Below, one piece after another: positions 59,317 to 64,000 of a stretch of DNA of 64,000 nucleotides (the stretch's first letter is position 1; every line of letters starts with the position of its first letter). The DNA lies in assembly GCA_964019335.1 (NCBI GenBank), contig OZ025731.1, positions 310,001-374,000 of the forward strand, given 5' to 3'. Position numbers and translations under genes: made by a program. The notes under the pieces were generated by a model. It did not search any database and was not told where the DNA came from. It was given only the letters and a program-made list of their open reading frames with translations. Source of the stretch: Diplonema japonicum (Eukaryota > Protista > Euglenozoa: Diplonemea).

Positions 59317-60147
59317 ATGAAAATCGCAGGTAAGATTTGCGCAGTGACAGGGGGTGGAAACGGCATCGGTGCGGCCATTGTGGAGGCCTTGTGCGAGAAG
59401 GGTGCGAAGGCGGTAATCGTGGCCGACATCGACATTGAAGGCTGCAGGCGTGTGGAGGAGTCCATGACGCAGCGCTACCCGAAAACCAAGGTCATCGTCC
59501 AAAGGTGCGACGTCACTAACGAGGGAAACATCAGGTCCCTGGTGCTGACGGCGAAGGTTCGATTCTTAAGAGGTATCGACCTCTTCGTGGCCAACGCAGG
59601 CATCACAGGGGGGTTCGGCGGACCAGAAGTGTCCAACAGGGAGTGGGAGGACATCTTCCAAATCAACGTAATGCACATAATTCAAGCCGCAAGGCACGCT
59701 CTCCCCGATATGCTTGCAAAGGGCGAAGGCGGTTTCATCATCACAGCCTCTGCCGCAGGCCTTCTCTCGCAGATTGGAAGCCTGCCTTACACCGTTACCA
59801 AGCGTGCAGCTGTGAGCGTTGCGGAGTGGTTATCCATTACGTACGGCGACGCTGGTATTTCCGTCTCATGTTTATGCCCTCAAGCAGTGGACACAAACAT
59901 GATTAAAGGTGCGCCTGGTGGTGGTGTTGCTGGTGTCGATGGTGTGCTGCAGCCTCTTCCCGTTGCACGCGAGACTCTCAATACTTTTGAGGACGGAAAG
60001 TTTCTTGTTCTTCCCCACAAGTCGGTTTCCGGGTATGTTAAAGGCAAAGCCAATGACCCTGACAAGTGGATCCTCGGGATGCGTGGGTTGATGAAAAGAT
60101 CGGGAGGCGGGCTTCTTATGCCACCCCGCCCAAGTGCTAAAATGTGA
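59317..60147 (+). CDS. Short-chain dehydrogenase/reductase
   Basis: VTGGGNGIG, FVANAG, TASAAG, YTVTK. Confidence 0.93.
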   Translation: MKIAGKICAVTGGGNGIGAAIVEALCEKGAKAVIVADIDIEGCRRVEESMTQRYPKTKVIVQRCDVTNEGNIRSLVLTAKVRFLRGIDLFVANAGITGGFGGPEVSNREWEDIFQINVMHIIQAARHALPDMLAKGEGGFIITASAAGLLSQIGSLPYTVTKRAAVSVAEWLSITYGDAGISVSCLCPQAVDTNMIKGAPGGGVAGVDGVLQPLPVARETLNTFEDGKFLVLPHKSVSGYVKGKANDPDKWILGMRGLMKRSGGGLLMPPRPSAKM

Positions 60148-60435
60148 GATTTTTTTTTTTTTTGAAAAATTTGTTTGTTTTTTGTTTTGTTTTTTTGTTT
60201 TCTTTAAAGCTTATCTACCAACGAGGATGTATTTTTTTTTTTTTGTTTTTTTATAAAAAGTAAAAACTTTTTTCGCTGAACAGGCTTTCGTTGTCCAAAA
60301 CTACGAATACCCCCCCTCCCCGTTGGTGGATGGTTTAAAAAAAGAAGGAAAAAAAGAAGGCACCACCATGCTCTGTTCTTTTTTTTTTCTTCTTCTTTTT
60401 CATTTTTTTTATTAACAATATTTATTGTCAAAGAC

Positions 60436-60476
<41 letters not shown>

Positions 60477-60731
60477 AAACTAGTTGATGGCAGCCGTAAA
60501 TTGGTTATTAAATACCGCTCGTGGGAAGAGACAAGGGGGGGGAAAAAAGTTTTAAAAAAAGATTTTTTTTTCCCCCCTCACACCCCCTCTTCCCCTCCCC
60601 CCTCTTTTTTTTTTTTTTTTACGATTTTTATGCGGCCTCTATATTTTGAGCTTCCTCCCACCTTGGAAGTCAACAGCAAAGTATAGATACACAAAATAAA
60701 AAACGTTATCATTAGGTAGTAAAGAAAAAAT

Positions 60732-61217
60732 ATGGGTTGCGGGCTGGCAAAATCTGCATCAGGCAGCGAAGTAATTATGAATGAGCCGTCTCCTCTCCAC
60801 TGCGCCCTGAGGATGAAACGGTGCAGCATAGTGGCTGGGCTGAAGATTGCCATGGCAAGGGACCTTTACTCGGATACTAGGAGCGCCTCCTCTCTGGAGA
60901 GCAGTGACAGAAGAAGGCTTGAGTCATGGGTAAAAGAAGTCCCTGCTTGCAGCAGTGACAGCGATGAAACGGCAGAATCACGAAGCGTCACTTCTGACGA
61001 AAGCTTGCACACAATTGAGGAAAATCCTTTTGTGCCCGAACCACTGCCGCCTGCCCGTTCGGGTTGTTGCCTCTCCCCAGTGCGGCTGACTACAAAAATG
61101 CAGCTTGTTGCCCTGGAGGAACACGGACGCCGGGCGTCCATTGCAACGTCCCCTCTAGATGTTGTTCTTCGGTTGCCACCTGCAGCGCGTAAGCAGCTGC
61201 CGCCTCTTCTTAAGTAA
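60732..61217 (+). CDS. Hypothetical protein with MGCG acylation-type start
   Basis: 161-aa ORF, A-run before ATG, dual-acylation motif. Confidence 0.55.
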   Translation: MGCGLAKSASGSEVIMNEPSPLHCALRMKRCSIVAGLKIAMARDLYSDTRSASSLESSDRRRLESWVKEVPACSSDSDETAESRSVTSDESLHTIEENPFVPEPLPPARSGCCLSPVRLTTKMQLVALEEHGRRASIATSPLDVVLRLPPAARKQLPPLLK

Positions 61218-61219
61218 TC

Positions 61220-61271
<52 letters not shown>

Positions 61272-61273
<2 letters not shown>

Positions 61274-61398
61274 ATGAACAAGAAAAACAATATATTGATA
61301 ATGAATTGTTATTGCTAAAAAGAGTAGTGGTAGCATTGTTGGGCTTATCATTCTACAGGTTAACCCCGGCTGTGCACAAAACAACAATCAACCGGACT

Positions 61399-61401
<3 letters not shown>
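61272..61401 (+). mobile_element. Full-length empty cassette-acceptor element
   Basis: gcatgaacaag..gaattgttattgc.aaaaagagtag..cggctgtgcacaaaacaacaatcaaccggactc between T-runs; colinear with the flanks of 21794-22117. Confidence 0.8.
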
Positions 61402-61443
<42 letters not shown>

Positions 61444-62356
61444 GCGATTGGAAGGGGAAATAAAAAAAAAGGAAGGGTTCATCAAACAAAACAAAGGGAA
61501 AAAAAAAGAGCAAAAATAAAATAAATTCTGCAAAATTCCTTCCCCCCCCCTTCCCCAGCGACCCGAATCGATTTACCGCACCCTTCCTTTATCCTTCCCC
61601 TGCGCGCTGTATTTTTTTTAAAGGAACAGAAGAATCCCTTTCTTCAGCTTTAATTCCTTTCAGTTTTTTTTTTTTTTTCTTCTTGAGTTGAAATTTTATC
61701 GAGTTTTTCCTTTTTTTTTTTTTTAAAAAAAATGCTATTTTTTTTTCGCCCACAGCCCTTAGAAGAGTTTAAAAAAAAAAGAACCGGGAGCAAAAGGCGG
61801 AAAGAAAAAAAAAAAGGAAAAAAAAAGGGAGAAAATGATGGAGTGCAACTTTCCTCGTTTAAAAAGAAAAAGAAAAAAAAAGTGAGAGAAAAAAAAAAAA
61901 GAAGAAGAAAAAAATACCATTTACGGCAACCAAACAACTTTGTTTCTTTTCTTTTAGTCGTAAAACTTTTTTGTAGTTGGTTATATTCCAAAAGAAAAAA
62001 AAGAAAAAGAAAAGAAATAGTGCCTCCCTTTTTTTTTCTAGTCGTAATCACTTCTTATCCTCCTCGGACAGAGGACGCAACTTTCTTTTTTTTTTTTTTT
62101 TTTTTTTTTTCCAACATCATTCACATCTTTGTTATTTAATGGTGAGCATTTTTCTAGCTCGCTGACAGTTTTTATCCATGTTATTGATTCTTATTATTAT
62201 TATTTTTTTTTTTATTTCTGCGGGAGACCAAGGATTTAGATTATATTATACTTGGGTTCCACCGCTGTTTTTTTTTTTTTTTTTTTCTTCATTATTAAGC
62301 TAAGTCGGAGCCATCTTTTAATTGCTCCTTACTTACATATCCCAGAAAATATTCTT

Positions 62357-62691
62357 AATAGCTATTTACTGCCAACAAGTAATGACTTTACCGTTACCTC
62401 GAGGTCGGTAAAGCATTACTTGGCGGTAGGTAAGTGGTTTTATTTCACGACACTCTGAAATTACTTCACCGCGTTGTCGCTGGCGCGGCCACTCGCTCCT
62501 CACTTTCTGCTGCTTGTGTGTGCGTTATTTTGCTGACTAAATATGAAAAGTTGTAACTGGGAACAAGGCCTAGCCAAAAGTGGGCAAATTGGAGGAAAAG
62601 GTAGTCGACCTTGGAACCGAGCCGAGGCAAAAGCTGGCCAATTGAGCTGAACCTGGGGGGCCCTAGTGCGTGAAGTAATTTCTGAAGAGTG

Positions 62692-62697
<6 letters not shown>
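62357..62697 (-). mobile_element. Second copy of the 57916 family, internally deleted
   Basis: First ~110 bp and terminal gtgcgtgaagtaatttctgaagagtgaaa near identical to 57916-58596. Confidence 0.85.
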
Positions 62698-62730
<33 letters not shown>

Positions 62731-63351
62731 AGAAGGATTGTACTAACAAAACAAACAACAACAGAATACCTCTTTTTTTTTTTCTTTTTTTTTTTTTTTG
62801 CCCCTCCCCTTTTTTTTTTCCCTGTTTTCTTTGTGCATGTGATGCTTCCCCCCTGAGTCCGAAGAAGAAAAACAAGGGAGAAAAAAAAAAAGAAACGCGA
62901 AAAAGATCTTTGGTTTTAAAAGCTTGAAAGCACCAGAATTAAGGGAGAAGAGAGAGAGAGAGTGTGTGGGTTTTTTTTTTTAACCCTGAGAAAAACATTT
63001 ACTTCTAAAATTCTTGATTCCCCCCCCCCCCCCCCCCCCTGCTCTTCCGAGCCCTTAATGGTACCCAAAGAGCGCTAATCACTATTGAAACCAAACAATA
63101 CCCCTCCCCCAGTAAGTGCCAAGTGTCAAGGTTTGACTAAAGGTACGGAATCTGATTTCAAATAAGGGCCCCTACCTTATTTTTTTTTTGTGGGCCGTTG
63201 CTAACCACCGTTTCCTATCATAGTGAAAAAAAAAAAAGATCTTTTTTTTTATTATTCGTGCGTACTTTGCCCCTACAAAAAAAGAATTTTTCTGTTTTTT
63301 AACCCGTAAAAAGAGGACCGCTTGATTTTTTGCTCCCCTCCCTTTTTTTTA

Positions 63352-63389
63352 GGCGATCCTGTGTACTGCAGGTTCCCTTCAAGGACATC
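63352..63389. repeat. 41-bp dispersed T-flanked element, variant copy 3
   Basis: ggcgatcctgtgtactgcaggttcccttcaaggacatc between T-runs. Confidence 0.85.
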
Positions 63390-63467
63390 TTTTTTTTTTT
63401 TTTTTTGTGGGCTAGAAGAAAGGTTACCTACACTGACTTTTGTTGTTGTGTTAATTACGTTTTGACT

Positions 63468-63502
<35 letters not shown>

Positions 63503-64000
63503 AGAAACTGTTAGTTATGTGTGGTGGCCCGGTAACTTTTGAAAAATCTGTTTTAGACTGATTAATCAGTTGCGGTCCTCTAGGGGATTTAAAAAAAAAA
63601 AAAAAAAGGACCCTCCTCCCACAACCCCCGCTTCTTCCCTGTCTACGACATGCCTTTCACACCTTGAAATATATTGCTGCCTGGTGGTCGACCAGCTGCT
63701 GTCACCATCCTTAGGCGTCATTAGGCAGGAGGAGGTTTTTTTTTTTTTTTTTTTGGCTGACAAATATTTATGGGTACGCCGAAACATTTTCAACTTGAAC
63801 ACCTAGTTTAGTTTCGGGGTTACTCTTACAGCCTTCTTCTTGCTTGCTTTTTTTTTTTTTTTTTTTTTTTTTCTTTCCCCCCTTTCTCCCTCTCCCCCGT
63901 CCCCCTGGTACCAGGGTGGAAATATAATACTTCTAGTGATATTTCCCTTCCACAATCAATTTAAAAAAAAAAAAAAAAAAAAAAAAAGAAATAAGAAAGA

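Noticed and set aside
63903-63950. Palindrome ccctggtaccaggg plus a short hairpin
   Set aside because: Single occurrence at the window edge; cannot be tied to an element

Overview
Eukaryotic, homopolymer-rich genomic DNA, most likely from a euglenozoan and probably a diplonemid. About 30 protein genes lie head-to-tail on the + strand, as in a polycistronic cluster, yet at least 8 of them are split by short GT-AG introns. I inferred 22 introns by restoring reading frames; most have a poly(A) run rather than a pyrimidine tract before the AG. Recognisable products: ubiquitin-like proteins, Mpv17/PMP22, a divergent alpha-tubulin, a mitochondrial carrier, cytochrome b5, a pseudo-metacaspase, an EEF2KMT-like methyltransferase, a VPS9+TBC+F-box fusion, a CAP protein, DNA primase large subunit, a CS/p23 protein, a pseudokinase, a 4x CCCH protein, an OB-fold+DHH/DHHA1 fusion, an HSL esterase, a PTB/DRBD3-like RRM protein, PIG-H, a MAP2K-like kinase and an SDR. 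Intergenic DNA is full of mobile-element remnants: two hAT derivatives, a piggyBac relic, MITEs, a 183-bp-arm foldback, Crypton-like tyrosine-recombinase elements and several short families inserted into T-runs. The most unusual signal is a ~115-130 bp T-run-flanked element found both empty (61272-61401, partial 56327-56367) and loaded with homologous Cys/His mini-ORF cassettes bounded by 15-16 bp direct repeats (21794-22117 minus, 58639-58928 plus). No rRNA, tRNA, SL RNA or CRISPR array was recognised. All assignments are by eye; no searches were run.
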